Shown one piece after another: positions 1-9,479 of a DNA stretch of 32,304 bases. The notes below the pieces were generated by a model, which ran no database searches, was not told where the DNA came from, and was given only the letters and a program-made list of their open reading frames with translations. The stretch is from an uncultured Chitinophagales bacterium. GTDB lineage: Bacteria; Bacteroidota; Ignavibacteria; UBA10030; UBA6906. The stretch is taken from positions 1 to 32,304 of the forward strand of contig CAZJYO010000003.1 of assembly GCA_964550275.1 (NCBI GenBank), in the 5' to 3' direction. The position numbers and the translations under genes were made by a program. The number at the start of each line of letters is the position of its first letter. Within the stretch, counting starts at the first letter, position 1.

Positions 1-972
1 GCGATGATTCCCGAAACCAGCCGAAGCCAGGGAGCGTTTCTGCAGGGCGAACACGCAACACTGCCGGATCATGGCGTCCGGGAAGACTACTCCACCGCCC
101 TGAAAATGCCCCTGCGCGGAGGCCAGCGTGAAAGTGAACGAGTGACGGTCTATCTGGGTCCGCTTGAGTTCGACCAGATACAATCCTATCCGCACAATCT
201 TGACAAGATTCTGGAGCTTGGTCCCGCTTGGATTATTCGTCCGATCTCCGAATACGTCATGTTGCCCGTACTTCAATTCCTCAGAAGCATCATTCCGAAT
301 TTCGGCATGGTCATTATTGTTTTTTCAATCCTGATCAAAATTGTGTTGCATCCGTTGACGAAGACCACATTGAAATCTTCGAGACAGATGCAGGCGCTAC
401 AGCCGATGATGACCGAGATCCGTGAAAAGTACAAGGACGATCCGCAAAAGATGAATCACGCGATCATGAATTTGTACAAGGATTATGGTATCAATCCGGC
501 GGCCGGATGCCTTCCCGTTATTCTTCAAATGCCAATCCTGTTCGCGCTGTACGCAGTATTCAGTTCAGCAATCGAGTTGCGCCAGGCAAATTTCTTTGGC
601 TGGATTCATGACCTTTCCATTCCGGATGTGATCTTCACACTCCCCTTCGCGGTGCCACTCTTTGGCATTCACGATGTTTCCGGTTTGGCATTGGCAATGG
701 GTGTTACGATGTTCATCCAACAAAAAATGACCATAACCGATCCACGGCAGAAAGCAATGGTGTGGATGATGCCGATCATGATGACGTTGTTGTTCAATAG
801 CTTTCCGTCCGGGCTGAACCTGTACTACTTTGTGTTCAACGTTCTCTCCATCCTTCAGCAGGCCTTGCTGAACAAGAAGCACGGCAACGAACCTCTGCGC
901 AAAGTCGATCCGAAAAAAGCCGGAGGTATTATGGCGCGCCTCGCGAAAGATCTCCCGAAGCTGAAGCAGTAA
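1..972 (+). CDS. yidC: Membrane protein insertase YidC (5' truncated by window edge)
   Basis: Reading frame is open to base 1. Translation carries the YidC/Oxa1 core (IVFSILIKIVLHPLTKTTLKSSRQMQALQPMMTEIREKYKDDPQKMNHAIMNLYKDYGINPAAGCLPVILQMPILFALY) plus further TM helices. TAA at 970-972. Confidence 0.92.
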   Translation, partial: AMIPETSRSQGAFLQGEHATLPDHGVREDYSTALKMPLRGGQRESERVTVYLGPLEFDQIQSYPHNLDKILELGPAWIIRPISEYVMLPVLQFLRSIIPNFGMVIIVFSILIKIVLHPLTKTTLKSSRQMQALQPMMTEIREKYKDDPQKMNHAIMNLYKDYGINPAAGCLPVILQMPILFALYAVFSSAIELRQANFFGWIHDLSIPDVIFTLPFAVPLFGIHDVSGLALAMGVTMFIQQKMTITDPRQKAMVWMMPIMMTLLFNSFPSGLNLYYFVFNVLSILQQALLNKKHGNEPLRKVDPKKAGGIMARLAKDLPKLKQ

Positions 973-997
973 AATAATTTTCTCCCCAACCCTTTTC

Positions 998-1036
998 GGG
1001 CTCGCGGTTTGAAGAAACCGTGAGCCCTTTTTGTTT
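998..1036 (+). terminator. Rho-independent terminator after yidC
   Basis: 13-bp stem GGGCTCGCGGTTT (998-1010) / AAACCGTGAGCCC (1015-1027) with one G-U pair and a GAAG loop, followed by TTTTTGTTT. Starts 26 nt after the yidC stop. Confidence 0.7.
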
Positions 1037-1115
1037 CTCCCTCCCGCGTGAGGAACATCGATCGCGTTGGTTTGCTCACCGCACTCATCCCCGGCGCATC
1101 GTAATTCCGGATTCA

Positions 1116-1144
1116 TTGAAACTCAGAATCAAAATCTGTAAGTT
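1116..1144 (+). promoter_or_regulatory. Possible sigma70-like promoter for mnmE
   Basis: TTGAAA (1116-1121), 17-nt spacer, TAAGTT (1139-1144), ending 8 nt before the mnmE ATG. This is a pattern match only, and the promoter consensus of this lineage is unknown. Confidence 0.25.
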
Positions 1145-1152
1145 CGTCAACG

Positions 1153-2511
1153 ATGCGCGTTATGAACGATGATACGATTGCGGCCATTGCAACGGCGCTT
1201 GGTCAAGGAGCAATAGCAGTAATCCGGGTGAGCGGTAAGCGATCTTTGGAAATTGCAGATCGTGTTTTCCGCGGAGGTTCAACGCCATCCAAGGCCCAGC
1301 CCAACACGGTACATTTCGGGAAAATCGTAACTAACGGGAATGAGGTTGTTGATCAAGCACTCCTAACCATATTCAGGGAGCCAAAATCATACACCGGCGA
1401 AGACTCCATTGAACTAAGTTGCCATGGTGGAATACAGATTGCCCGTGCGGTTCTTGAGTGTGTTCTTCAATCTGGGGCCAGGCAAGCTGAGCCCGGGGAG
1501 TTCACAAAGCGGGCATTTCTCAACGGCAAACTTGATCTTTCCCAGGCCGAGGCCGTTGCCGATCTAATATCATCAAGAACCAGGAAAGCACAGCAGGCAT
1601 CGCTTTCCCAACTAAGAGGGACACTATCGGCGGAAATAAGCAGAATTCGGACCAGACTGCTTAACCTGTGCTCACAGTCTGAGCTTCAATTGGATTTTCT
1701 TGACGAAGGTATCGAAATCTCCAATGCTGAAGAGATTAAGCAAGAGATCAATCAGGCACGAAGTTCAATTTTGGCGTTCATTCAGTCCTATGAATCATCG
1801 AGAATTCTCAGAAATGGATTCACCGTTTGCATAGCCGGACCACCAAACGTAGGGAAATCAACCCTCTTCAATGCCCTAATCAGAACCGATCGCTCGATAG
1901 TCTCCGAAATCCCTGGAACTACAAGAGATTTCATAGAAGAATCTATTGAAATCAATGGTATCCTGTTTAAGCTTATTGATACTGCCGGCATTAGAAGTTC
2001 CGCTGACCCGGTTGAGTCAATTGGGGTTTCTCGAAGCGGAGAGATAATGTCTGCATCTGATGCAATTTGCCTTGTATCAGATAACGGCTCATTCGAAACA
2101 ATCGGGGCACAAAGTGTTGGCAAACCGACAATTTTTGTTCACAACAAGACCGACCTATCCGGAACTCGATCTCACCGCACTAAGGAACATGGCGAAGAGC
2201 ACGTTTTCCTCTCGGCCAAACTCGATGACGGCATTGGATTGCTAAAATCTGCGTTGGTTGATGTTGCCTCAGCCTCATTTGGAGGGCTTACTGATTCTGT
2301 ACATGTCGGCAACCTAAGGCATGTGAACGCCCTGAAATCATCAATGGATTCGCTAGATCGCGCGTATTCGTCTATCATTGCAAGTGTTCCGATGGAGTTC
2401 GTATCAATGGATATCAGAACAGCCGCGAACCACCTTGGCGAAATCACCGGCGAGTTCACAACCGACGAAATTCTTAACAACATATTCTCCAAGTTCTGTA
2501 TCGGGAAATAA
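1153..2511 (+). CDS. mnmE: tRNA modification GTPase MnmE (TrmE)
   Basis: 452 aa. N-terminal DTIAAIATALGQGAIAVIRVSG. G-domain motifs GPPNVGKSTLFNAL, DTAGIR, NKTDL. Diagnostic C-terminal CIGK followed by stop. Alternative ATG at 1162. Confidence 0.95.
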   Translation: MRVMNDDTIAAIATALGQGAIAVIRVSGKRSLEIADRVFRGGSTPSKAQPNTVHFGKIVTNGNEVVDQALLTIFREPKSYTGEDSIELSCHGGIQIARAVLECVLQSGARQAEPGEFTKRAFLNGKLDLSQAEAVADLISSRTRKAQQASLSQLRGTLSAEISRIRTRLLNLCSQSELQLDFLDEGIEISNAEEIKQEINQARSSILAFIQSYESSRILRNGFTVCIAGPPNVGKSTLFNALIRTDRSIVSEIPGTTRDFIEESIEINGILFKLIDTAGIRSSADPVESIGVSRSGEIMSASDAICLVSDNGSFETIGAQSVGKPTIFVHNKTDLSGTRSHRTKEHGEEHVFLSAKLDDGIGLLKSALVDVASASFGGLTDSVHVGNLRHVNALKSSMDSLDRAYSSIIASVPMEFVSMDIRTAANHLGEITGEFTTDEILNNIFSKFCIGK

Positions 2512-2512
2512 A

Positions 2513-4384
2513 GTGTTTCACGTGCAACAAAATACACCACCAAGCAACCTCGATGTTATTGTGGTTGGCGGAGGACACGCCGGCATTGAAGCGTCCCTTG
2601 CGGCGGCAAGAATGGGGTGCATGACCGGCCTCATTACCATGAGTAGCCAGGCAATTGGTAGGATGTCGTGCAATCCGGCAATTGGCGGATCTGCAAAGGG
2701 CCATTTGGTTAGAGAGATTGATGCTCTTGGTGGTGAGATGGGCAAAATCGCCGACGCGACGGGGATTCACTTCAGGATGTTAAATCGCTCTAAGGGGCCA
2801 GCTGTTTGGTCTCCAAGATGTCAGAACGACAGAGATTGGTACTCTGCGGAGGCATCCAAAAGGATTTTCGCTCAGAACAATCTTTTGGTTATTGAGGATT
2901 CTGTTGACGAGATTATCACTCAGAATGGTAGGATTGATGGAGTTAAGACGCAAAATGGCTCCATAATTAGGTGTTATTCGTTGGTTATTTGTAGTGGCAC
3001 ATTTCTGCGGTCGTTAATGCACACCGGTGACAATTCAACACCAGGTGGCAGATTTGGCGAACCAACGTCTGGGCTGTCGATTGAGCTCTCAAAATTGGGG
3101 CTAAAGCTTGGAAGGTTGAAAACCGGTACACCGCCAAGAATCTTGAGGAATAGCATTGATTTCGGCCTAACCGAGCCACAGTATCCGGAAGAGGATCCTC
3201 AGCCATTCTCGTTTTCGACATCCAGGATTGAAAATCATCAGATTCCAATGTTCCTGACCTACACAAATGGGACGACTCACGAGATACTAAAAACCGGTTT
3301 CGACAGATCCCCGATGTTCACAGGCAGAATAAAGGCGACCGGCCCACGCTACTGTCCGTCGGTTGAAGACAAGGTAAATCGATTTGGTGACAAGGAACGC
3401 CACCAAATATTTCTTGAACCCGAGGGATATGAGTCGGATCTGGTTTACGTTAATGGATTCTCTACGAGCTTGCCCCAAGACATTCAGGATCGAGCGATAA
3501 GAACGATTCCCGGACTGAAGAACTGTAAAATTGCACGATTTGGGTATGCCGTTGAATATGACTTTGTGCCACCACACCAACTGAAGCCAACGCTAGAAAC
3601 CAAGAAAATTGACGGACTATTCCATGCTGGTCAGATTAACGGAACCAGCGGCTACGAGGAAGCTGCCGCGCAGGGACTTGTTGCTGGTATTAATGCTGCA
3701 AATCGAGCAAAAGGTGTAGAACAGTTTACGCTCAGCCGTAGCGAATCATACGTCGGTGTTATGATTGACGATCTGATAAACAAGGGCACCGATGAACCAT
3801 ACCGAATCTTCACATCGCGTGCAGAATATAGATTGCTTCTAAGGCAGGACAACGCCGACTCACGACTCATGAGAAAGGGACACAGTCTTGCTTTGATAAG
3901 CAAGGAATCAATCGAGAGACTTAATGCGAAGGAGAAAGCTATTGAAACACTGACGAAACAGCTGTTGAACAGATGGATTTCTCCTTCGGTCATTAACCCG
4001 ATTCTTGGTGAAAGTGGAAGTCAGCCCGTTACAGAAACTGTGAACCTTGCCCAGGTTCTGAAAAGACCGGAAATCAGTTTAAGCCAACTCTTGGGATTAC
4101 TTGAGTTAGAGAATGCCCCGGCGAAGGATGTTATCGAAAGGGTTGAGATTGAGACTAAGTATGAGGGCTATTTGTCCAGGCAATTGGCCGACATTGCAAC
4201 ATTTGAAAAGCAAGAGGCCAAAACCATTCCCGACGATTTCAATTATTCCCAAGTTCGATCTCTTAGTAGTGAGGGCAGGGAGAAGTTGAACATAATCAGG
4301 CCGCGATCGATTGGACAGGCATCCCGTATCAGCGGAGTAACGCCCGCTGATGTCACCGTGTTGCTGATTGCTCTCCGAAACTAA
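2513..4384 (+). CDS. mnmG: tRNA uridine-5-carboxymethylaminomethyl synthesis enzyme MnmG (GidA)
   Basis: FAD-binding VIVVGGGHAGIEASLAAARMG, then GPRYCPSVEDKV and GQINGTSGYEEAAAQGLVAGINA. The ORF-track ATG at 2378 would overlap mnmE by 134 nt. I therefore take the in-frame GTG at 2513, 2 nt after the mnmE TAA. GTG at 2522 is also possible. Confidence 0.92.
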   Translation: MFHVQQNTPPSNLDVIVVGGGHAGIEASLAAARMGCMTGLITMSSQAIGRMSCNPAIGGSAKGHLVREIDALGGEMGKIADATGIHFRMLNRSKGPAVWSPRCQNDRDWYSAEASKRIFAQNNLLVIEDSVDEIITQNGRIDGVKTQNGSIIRCYSLVICSGTFLRSLMHTGDNSTPGGRFGEPTSGLSIELSKLGLKLGRLKTGTPPRILRNSIDFGLTEPQYPEEDPQPFSFSTSRIENHQIPMFLTYTNGTTHEILKTGFDRSPMFTGRIKATGPRYCPSVEDKVNRFGDKERHQIFLEPEGYESDLVYVNGFSTSLPQDIQDRAIRTIPGLKNCKIARFGYAVEYDFVPPHQLKPTLETKKIDGLFHAGQINGTSGYEEAAAQGLVAGINAANRAKGVEQFTLSRSESYVGVMIDDLINKGTDEPYRIFTSRAEYRLLLRQDNADSRLMRKGHSLALISKESIERLNAKEKAIETLTKQLLNRWISPSVINPILGESGSQPVTETVNLAQVLKRPEISLSQLLGLLELENAPAKDVIERVEIETKYEGYLSRQLADIATFEKQEAKTIPDDFNYSQVRSLSSEGREKLNIIRPRSIGQASRISGVTPADVTVLLIALRN

Positions 4385-4396
4385 GTTCCACGTGAA

Positions 4397-5062
4397 ATGA
4401 CGTTCTCTAACGGTGCCGGGGGATTTGATGAGATTTGCAGTATGAACGGCCTTCAAATCGAGCCGTCGTCCTTGCTCAAGATGGAGAAATATGTTTCAAG
4501 CTTGTTGAGTTGGAACGGTAAGATCAATCTCATATCGAGAGCGTCAACAGAGAATATTTGGTCCGAACATATTCTTCACTCAATAACTCCGATACTGCTT
4601 GGAATCTTCCCGGGAAAGAGTCCAGTTCTTGATCTTGGAAGCGGCGGCGGATTGCCGGGAATTCCACTCGCGATTCTTTTTCCAAATCTGAGGATTACTC
4701 TGGTGGATTCGATTCAGAAGAAGACAAAGGTTCTCCGGGAAATCGTGCGTGAGACCGGCCTGGAGAATGTGGATGTTGCTACCGGAAGGGCGGAAGAGTT
4801 GAGGGAGCTTCGCGGCAGGTTTGAGGTGGTTGTAACGCGCGGCGTTGCGACGCTTGATCAATTGGTTCGCTGGGGATCAACTCTTCTCGCTGAACGCGGT
4901 GAACGAACACTTATTGCGTACAAGGGCGGAGTTCTTGTACAAGAAATTGCGGACGCAGGGCGGCAAAGAAAATCACTCAAAGTAACCGAGCTCGACATTC
5001 GGCTGTCGGGCGAAGAGAAGCTGAGCAGCGCCGGGAAAAAACTTGTTTTGGTAAAAATTTGA
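4397..5062 (+). CDS. rsmG: 16S rRNA (guanine527-N7)-methyltransferase RsmG (GidB)
   Basis: SAM-binding block LDLGSGGGLPGIPLAILFPNLRITLVDSIQKKTKVL and WNGKINLISR, typical of GidB. Located downstream of mnmG as in many bacteria. Alternative start ATG at 4442. Confidence 0.9.
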   Translation: MTFSNGAGGFDEICSMNGLQIEPSSLLKMEKYVSSLLSWNGKINLISRASTENIWSEHILHSITPILLGIFPGKSPVLDLGSGGGLPGIPLAILFPNLRITLVDSIQKKTKVLREIVRETGLENVDVATGRAEELRELRGRFEVVVTRGVATLDQLVRWGSTLLAERGERTLIAYKGGVLVQEIADAGRQRKSLKVTELDIRLSGEEKLSSAGKKLVLVKI

Positions 5063-5071
5063 CTGCGAAGC

Positions 5072-5992
5072 ATGGGCTCTAATAAACCTCTTCATGACGA
5101 GCTTGAAAAACTGCTGACAGAACAGCGGAACATCTCATCCATGAACCTGGATACGATGAGTGTGAATGAGATTCTTCGCGTGATCAACAACGAAGATAAG
5201 CTGGTCGCGCAAGCGGTGGAGAAGAAACTTCCCGCGATTGCCGAAGCTGTTGAACTTGTCGTACACGCGATCAAAACAGGCGGGCGGTTGATTTATGTCG
5301 GCGCCGGAACAAGCGGTCGGATGGGAATTCTTGACGCCGCCGAATGTCCGCCGACATTTGGCACACCACAAGGCATGATCACCGGGATAATTGCCGGCGG
5401 AAAAGAGGCAGTCTTTGCGTCGCAGGAGGGAGCGGAAGATGATGCGTCAAAAGCGGAAACCGATCTGCTTGCGATATCATTATCGGGGAATGACGTGGTC
5501 TGCGGTATTGCGGCGAGCAGCCGGACGCCATACGTTCTGCGGGCCATTGCGCACGCTCGCGTGATCGGTGCGAAAACAATTCTTGTAACAACCAACCCGG
5601 GAATTGATGTGAATACCGCCGAGGTTCTTATCGACCCAGAAGTCGGACCGGAGGTTGTTATGGGCTCCACGCGCATGAAATCCGGAACCGCGCAAAAGCT
5701 TGTACTGAACATGATCACGACGGCGTCCATGGTCCGACTCGGTAAAGTTTATGAAAACATGATGGTTGATCTGCAGTTGACAAACCAGAAACTTCACGAG
5801 AGAGCCAAGCGCATTATTATGCTGGCAACGGGCGTTGGATACGAGGACGCCGTTCATGCGCTTGATGCATCGCGCGGACACGTCAAAACAGCCATCGTTA
5901 TGCTTGTTCATGGTATCGGGTACGAAGAAGCGCATTCCCGCCTCAGGGAAGCAGATGGATTTGTAAGAGCCGCAATTAATGCAAGGCGATAA
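5072..5992 (+). CDS. murQ: N-acetylmuramic acid 6-phosphate etherase MurQ (SIS domain)
   Basis: 306 aa with GAGTSGRMGILDAAECPPTFGT, GIAASSRTPYV and STRMKSGTAQK, characteristic of MurQ-type etherases. Confidence 0.87.
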   Translation: MGSNKPLHDELEKLLTEQRNISSMNLDTMSVNEILRVINNEDKLVAQAVEKKLPAIAEAVELVVHAIKTGGRLIYVGAGTSGRMGILDAAECPPTFGTPQGMITGIIAGGKEAVFASQEGAEDDASKAETDLLAISLSGNDVVCGIAASSRTPYVLRAIAHARVIGAKTILVTTNPGIDVNTAEVLIDPEVGPEVVMGSTRMKSGTAQKLVLNMITTASMVRLGKVYENMMVDLQLTNQKLHERAKRIIMLATGVGYEDAVHALDASRGHVKTAIVMLVHGIGYEEAHSRLREADGFVRAAINARR

Positions 5993-8900
5993 CAACCCCG
6001 GGCCGTCCAACCGTCCGCCAAAATTTCTTACGACCGGGAATGTACTATCGGTCGCGCAGCTTGAACTTCAATACAACTCCCTTTTCAGCGCACTGACAAA
6101 ACTCCGTCCCGGCGAACAGATTCATGCATCAGGGTTGCATGGATCGCTCACCGCTCTTGTGTGTGCCACATTCCATCGTTTGTCGGAGCAACCACTTCTT
6201 TATGTTGGAGGAACGCGGGTACAGGCGGAGGGAGTAGCGTCTGATCTCAGGCACGAATTCGGCACCGGACAGATTGCAACATTTCTCGGCAAGGCACACA
6301 GCCAGAAAGAGCCCGCCGGGGCGGACGATGTTGCAACACTCCGGATGATTGCGTCGTCGCAGCCGAATATCGTTGTGACGCACCTTGGAATGCTTGGATG
6401 CAAAGTTCCATCAAAGGCAACAACACAGTCGCAAACGGTTGCCCTCGCATCGGGCTCGGAGTGTGATTTCCAAACGGCCGTTCAAATGCTTGCGATGCTC
6501 GGGTTTGAAAAAAAAGATCTCGTTGGATCACCGGGAGAGTTCGCGCAACGGGGCGGCATCCTGGACGTATTCTCATTTGGAGCGGAGAATCCCGTCCGCC
6601 TTGAATTCCACGGGAACGCCATTGAATCCATTCGCGAATTCGATCCGGCATCGCAACGCTCAATCCGCGAGTTGTCTGAAACGGTTCTCGTGGGAAACAT
6701 TCTTCAGGCCGGTGAGGACAAGACGGGAATTCCGTTTCTGGGTCTCCTTGAGAGGAACGTGTTTGTCATTCTTGATGAACAGGATGCAGCAAGGCGCACG
6801 TACGAACAACTGTTCTCCTCATCAACCGAACAGCTCATTTCTTGGGAAGAGTTGACACTGCTGCTCAAGGAGTTTCGCGGTCTGCAAATTCACTCTATTG
6901 CCGGCGACACCACCGGAGTTCGTTTTGGTTCTCTTCCGCAGCCCTCGTTCAATCGCAGTATCAAGCATGTGCATGAGTTTGTACGCCGGCTTCTTCGGGA
7001 GGACTACAAGGTGGTTCTCACGTCGGACACACTTCCGGAGATGAACCGGCTGCAAGCGATGCTTGTTGAAACCGGCGAAAGCCTGCCCGGGCGCGACTCC
7101 GGCGCCGTTCCAGCTGATTTCAGTCGGGTGCTGTTTTCCCACCACGCGCTGAACGAAGGATTTATCCTTCCCGATGCAAAACTTGCAGTTCTTACAGAGC
7201 ACCAGATATTTGAGCGGCTCAAGCGCAAGCCGCACACTCGCCGACCGCGGTTTCATGGAATTTCCGAACGCGAGTTCTCACGTTTGCGGAAAGGCGATTT
7301 TGTCGTCCACGAGGATTACGGCATTGGAAAATTCGACGGGCTGAAAAAAATATCCGTGCAGAATGTCGAGCAGGAGGTGGTGAAGGTTGTCTACGACGAA
7401 AACGATATTCTGTATGTGAATCTCAATTATTTGGGAAAACTGCAAAAGTACTCATCGAAGGAAGGCCATGTTCCAAAACTGACGAAACTCGGGCGACCGG
7501 ACTGGGAGAAACTGAAGTCGCGTGCAAAGGGAAAAATCAAAGACATTGCGCGAGACCTCATCAAACTTTACGCGCAGCGAAAAGCAATTTCCGGATTTGC
7601 GTTTGCTCCCGATGCGCCGTGGCAAAAAGAGCTTGAGGCGTCGTTTCTGTATGAAGACACATTTGATCAGGCCAAGGCGACGAGAGATGTAAAAGAAGAC
7701 ATGGAAGCGCCCCACCCGATGGACCGCCTCATTTGCGGCGACGTTGGTTTCGGGAAAACGGAGGTTGCTATTCGTGCCGCGTTCAAGGCAGTCATGAACG
7801 GGAAGCAAGCGGGTGTGCTTGTTCCTACGACAATTCTCGCCATGCAACACCACAGGACGTTTGTTGATCGGACGTCCCCGTTCTCAACGCGGGTTGAAGT
7901 GTTATCCAGGTTTCGTACCCGCCAGGAACAACTCCGGATCCTTCATGATGTGCAAGCCGGCGCCGTGGATATTGTTATTGGGACTCACCGCCTCCTCTCG
8001 AAAGATGTTGTCTTCAAGGATCTGGGCCTGTTGATTATCGACGAAGAGCACCGCTTTGGCGTGGACGCAAAAGAGAAACTGCGCAAGCTGAGGGCGCACG
8101 TCGATACATTGACGCTGACGGCAACGCCCATTCCGCGTACACTGCATTTCTCGCTTATGGGTGCACGTGATCTCTCGATTATAGCAACACCTCCGCGTAA
8201 TCGTCTGCCGGTGATTACGGAAATAGTCCGGTTTGACAATCAGCGGATTCGGGATGCCGTTCTTCGGGAGATTGGACGCGGAGGGCAGGTGTACTTCGTC
8301 CACGATCGCGTTCAGGATATTGAAGACGTTGCCGCACGCGTTCAGTCGCTCGCCCCCACCATACGTGTTCGGACAGCACACGGGCAGATGCGCGCGACTG
8401 ATCTGGAAAAAGTCATGGTGGATTTTCTGGAACGAAAATTTGACGTGCTGGTCTGCACAAAGATTATTGAATCGGGCCTCGACATTCCCAACGTCAACAC
8501 CATTATCATTCATCGTGCGGATCGTTTCGGCATGGCAGAGTTGTATCAACTGCGCGGTCGTGTCGGCCGCTCGAACATCCAGGCGTACGCGTACGCGGTT
8601 GTGCCGCCGCTTGAAACTCTTTCGCGTGAAACATTACAGCGGTTGCAGGCAATTGAAGAGTTTACCGACCTCGGTTCCGGGTTTCAGCTCGCGATGCGCG
8701 ACCTGGAAATCCGCGGGGCCGGGAACCTGCTGGGCGGCGAGCAAAGCGGCTTCATTGAGACAATGGGCTTCGAAACATACAGCCGGATTCTCGATGAAGC
8801 AATTCGCGAAATCAAACTGGATGAGTTCAAAGATGTGTTCGCGGGCGAAAGCCAGCCAGCCCCGGCGGATGCTGTTGTTGAAACGGAGATGAGCGCGCTC

Positions 8901-9356
8901 CTTCCCGAGAGTTATGTCAGCAGGGAAGACGAGCGCATGGAATTATATCGTCGCCTTTACTCGGTTAACACAAACGAGCAAATTGAAGAAATCGCGGAAG
9001 AGCTCAAGGATCGATTTGGAACAGTTCCACCCGAAGCAGAGAATCTTCTTGGTGTCGTCCGGGTCAGACTTGCGTCTTCAAAAATCGGTTTTATCAAGGT
9101 TCATATCAGTTCCGGGAAAATCCAGTGTGAATTTCCGCCTGAATCAAATACGGCCTTTTATGAGTCCAAGCAATTTCAATTGATGATGCAACAGATCGGG
9201 AGCATGAAGAACCAGGGTGTTAATCTAAGACACCAAGGCGGGAAGCTAACCGTTAGTGCTCTTGTGGGGCCGCAAGACCGCAACAAGCCAATCTCAACCG
9301 CTCTTTCCTTTCTGGGCGCCCTTGCCTCCGAGCCGCCAAGTCAGGCCAGCGCCTAG
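5979..9356 (+). CDS. mfd: Transcription-repair coupling factor Mfd
   Basis: 1125 aa. CarD/RNAP-interaction-like block DFVVHEDYGIGKF. Superfamily-2 helicase motifs GDVGFGKTEVAIRAAF, IIDEEHRFG, LTLTATPIPRTL, QLRGRVGRS. The ATG overlaps the murQ end by 14 nt. Confidence 0.95.
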   Translation: MQGDNNPGPSNRPPKFLTTGNVLSVAQLELQYNSLFSALTKLRPGEQIHASGLHGSLTALVCATFHRLSEQPLLYVGGTRVQAEGVASDLRHEFGTGQIATFLGKAHSQKEPAGADDVATLRMIASSQPNIVVTHLGMLGCKVPSKATTQSQTVALASGSECDFQTAVQMLAMLGFEKKDLVGSPGEFAQRGGILDVFSFGAENPVRLEFHGNAIESIREFDPASQRSIRELSETVLVGNILQAGEDKTGIPFLGLLERNVFVILDEQDAARRTYEQLFSSSTEQLISWEELTLLLKEFRGLQIHSIAGDTTGVRFGSLPQPSFNRSIKHVHEFVRRLLREDYKVVLTSDTLPEMNRLQAMLVETGESLPGRDSGAVPADFSRVLFSHHALNEGFILPDAKLAVLTEHQIFERLKRKPHTRRPRFHGISEREFSRLRKGDFVVHEDYGIGKFDGLKKISVQNVEQEVVKVVYDENDILYVNLNYLGKLQKYSSKEGHVPKLTKLGRPDWEKLKSRAKGKIKDIARDLIKLYAQRKAISGFAFAPDAPWQKELEASFLYEDTFDQAKATRDVKEDMEAPHPMDRLICGDVGFGKTEVAIRAAFKAVMNGKQAGVLVPTTILAMQHHRTFVDRTSPFSTRVEVLSRFRTRQEQLRILHDVQAGAVDIVIGTHRLLSKDVVFKDLGLLIIDEEHRFGVDAKEKLRKLRAHVDTLTLTATPIPRTLHFSLMGARDLSIIATPPRNRLPVITEIVRFDNQRIRDAVLREIGRGGQVYFVHDRVQDIEDVAARVQSLAPTIRVRTAHGQMRATDLEKVMVDFLERKFDVLVCTKIIESGLDIPNVNTIIIHRADRFGMAELYQLRGRVGRSNIQAYAYAVVPPLETLSRETLQRLQAIEEFTDLGSGFQLAMRDLEIRGAGNLLGGEQSGFIETMGFETYSRILDEAIREIKLDEFKDVFAGESQPAPADAVVETEMSALLPESYVSREDERMELYRRLYSVNTNEQIEEIAEELKDRFGTVPPEAENLLGVVRVRLASSKIGFIKVHISSGKIQCEFPPESNTAFYESKQFQLMMQQIGSMKNQGVNLRHQGGKLTVSALVGPQDRNKPISTALSFLGALASEPPSQASA

Positions 9357-9395
9357 TAGACATACCCAAAAATCCTCAAATTCTGCAAATTTTCC

Positions 9396-9423
9396 TTGAC
9401 ATTATCCTTCAATCGAGTATCTT
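9396..9423 (+). promoter_or_regulatory. Putative dcw-cluster promoter (Pmra-like)
   Basis: TTGACA (9396-9401), 16-nt spacer, TATCTT (9418-9423). It lies in the only sizeable intergenic gap (9357-9479) upstream of mraZ. Confidence 0.4.
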
Positions 9424-9429
9424 AGAGCG

Positions 9430-9455
9430 GTGGGTAAAAGTGGGTGGCGGGTGGG
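9430..9455 (+). promoter_or_regulatory. Three phased GTGGG direct repeats (MraZ-box-like operator)
   Basis: GTGGG at 9430-9434, 9440-9444 and 9451-9455, with 10- and 11-nt phasing. They sit immediately downstream of the -10-like element and 25 nt upstream of the mraZ ATG. Confidence 0.55.
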
Positions 9456-9479
9456 AAATCACTCCTCTTTCTTTTCTAT

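Noticed and set aside
2378-2512. ORF-track 5' extensions: mnmG from 2378, mraZ from 9444, the unknown ORF from 21221, ftsA from 23882, the PorV-like gene from 30799.
   Set aside because: The extensions overlap the upstream gene by 14-134 nt, or in the mraZ case fall inside the operator repeats. They also add non-conserved residues ahead of canonical N-termini. In-frame internal starts give the family-typical N-terminus or signal peptide.
7902-8549. Long ORFs antisense to conserved genes. Examples: 7902-8549 in mfd, 12480-13136 in ftsI, 15022-15666 in murF, 17488-18066 in murD, 23879-24469 in ftsA, 25409-25996 in ftsZ, 565-1116 in yidC.
   Set aside because: Each lies entirely opposite a gene with unambiguous conserved motifs. 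Their translations are low-complexity and Arg/Pro/Ser-rich with no recognisable motifs. Such shadow ORFs are expected at this GC content.
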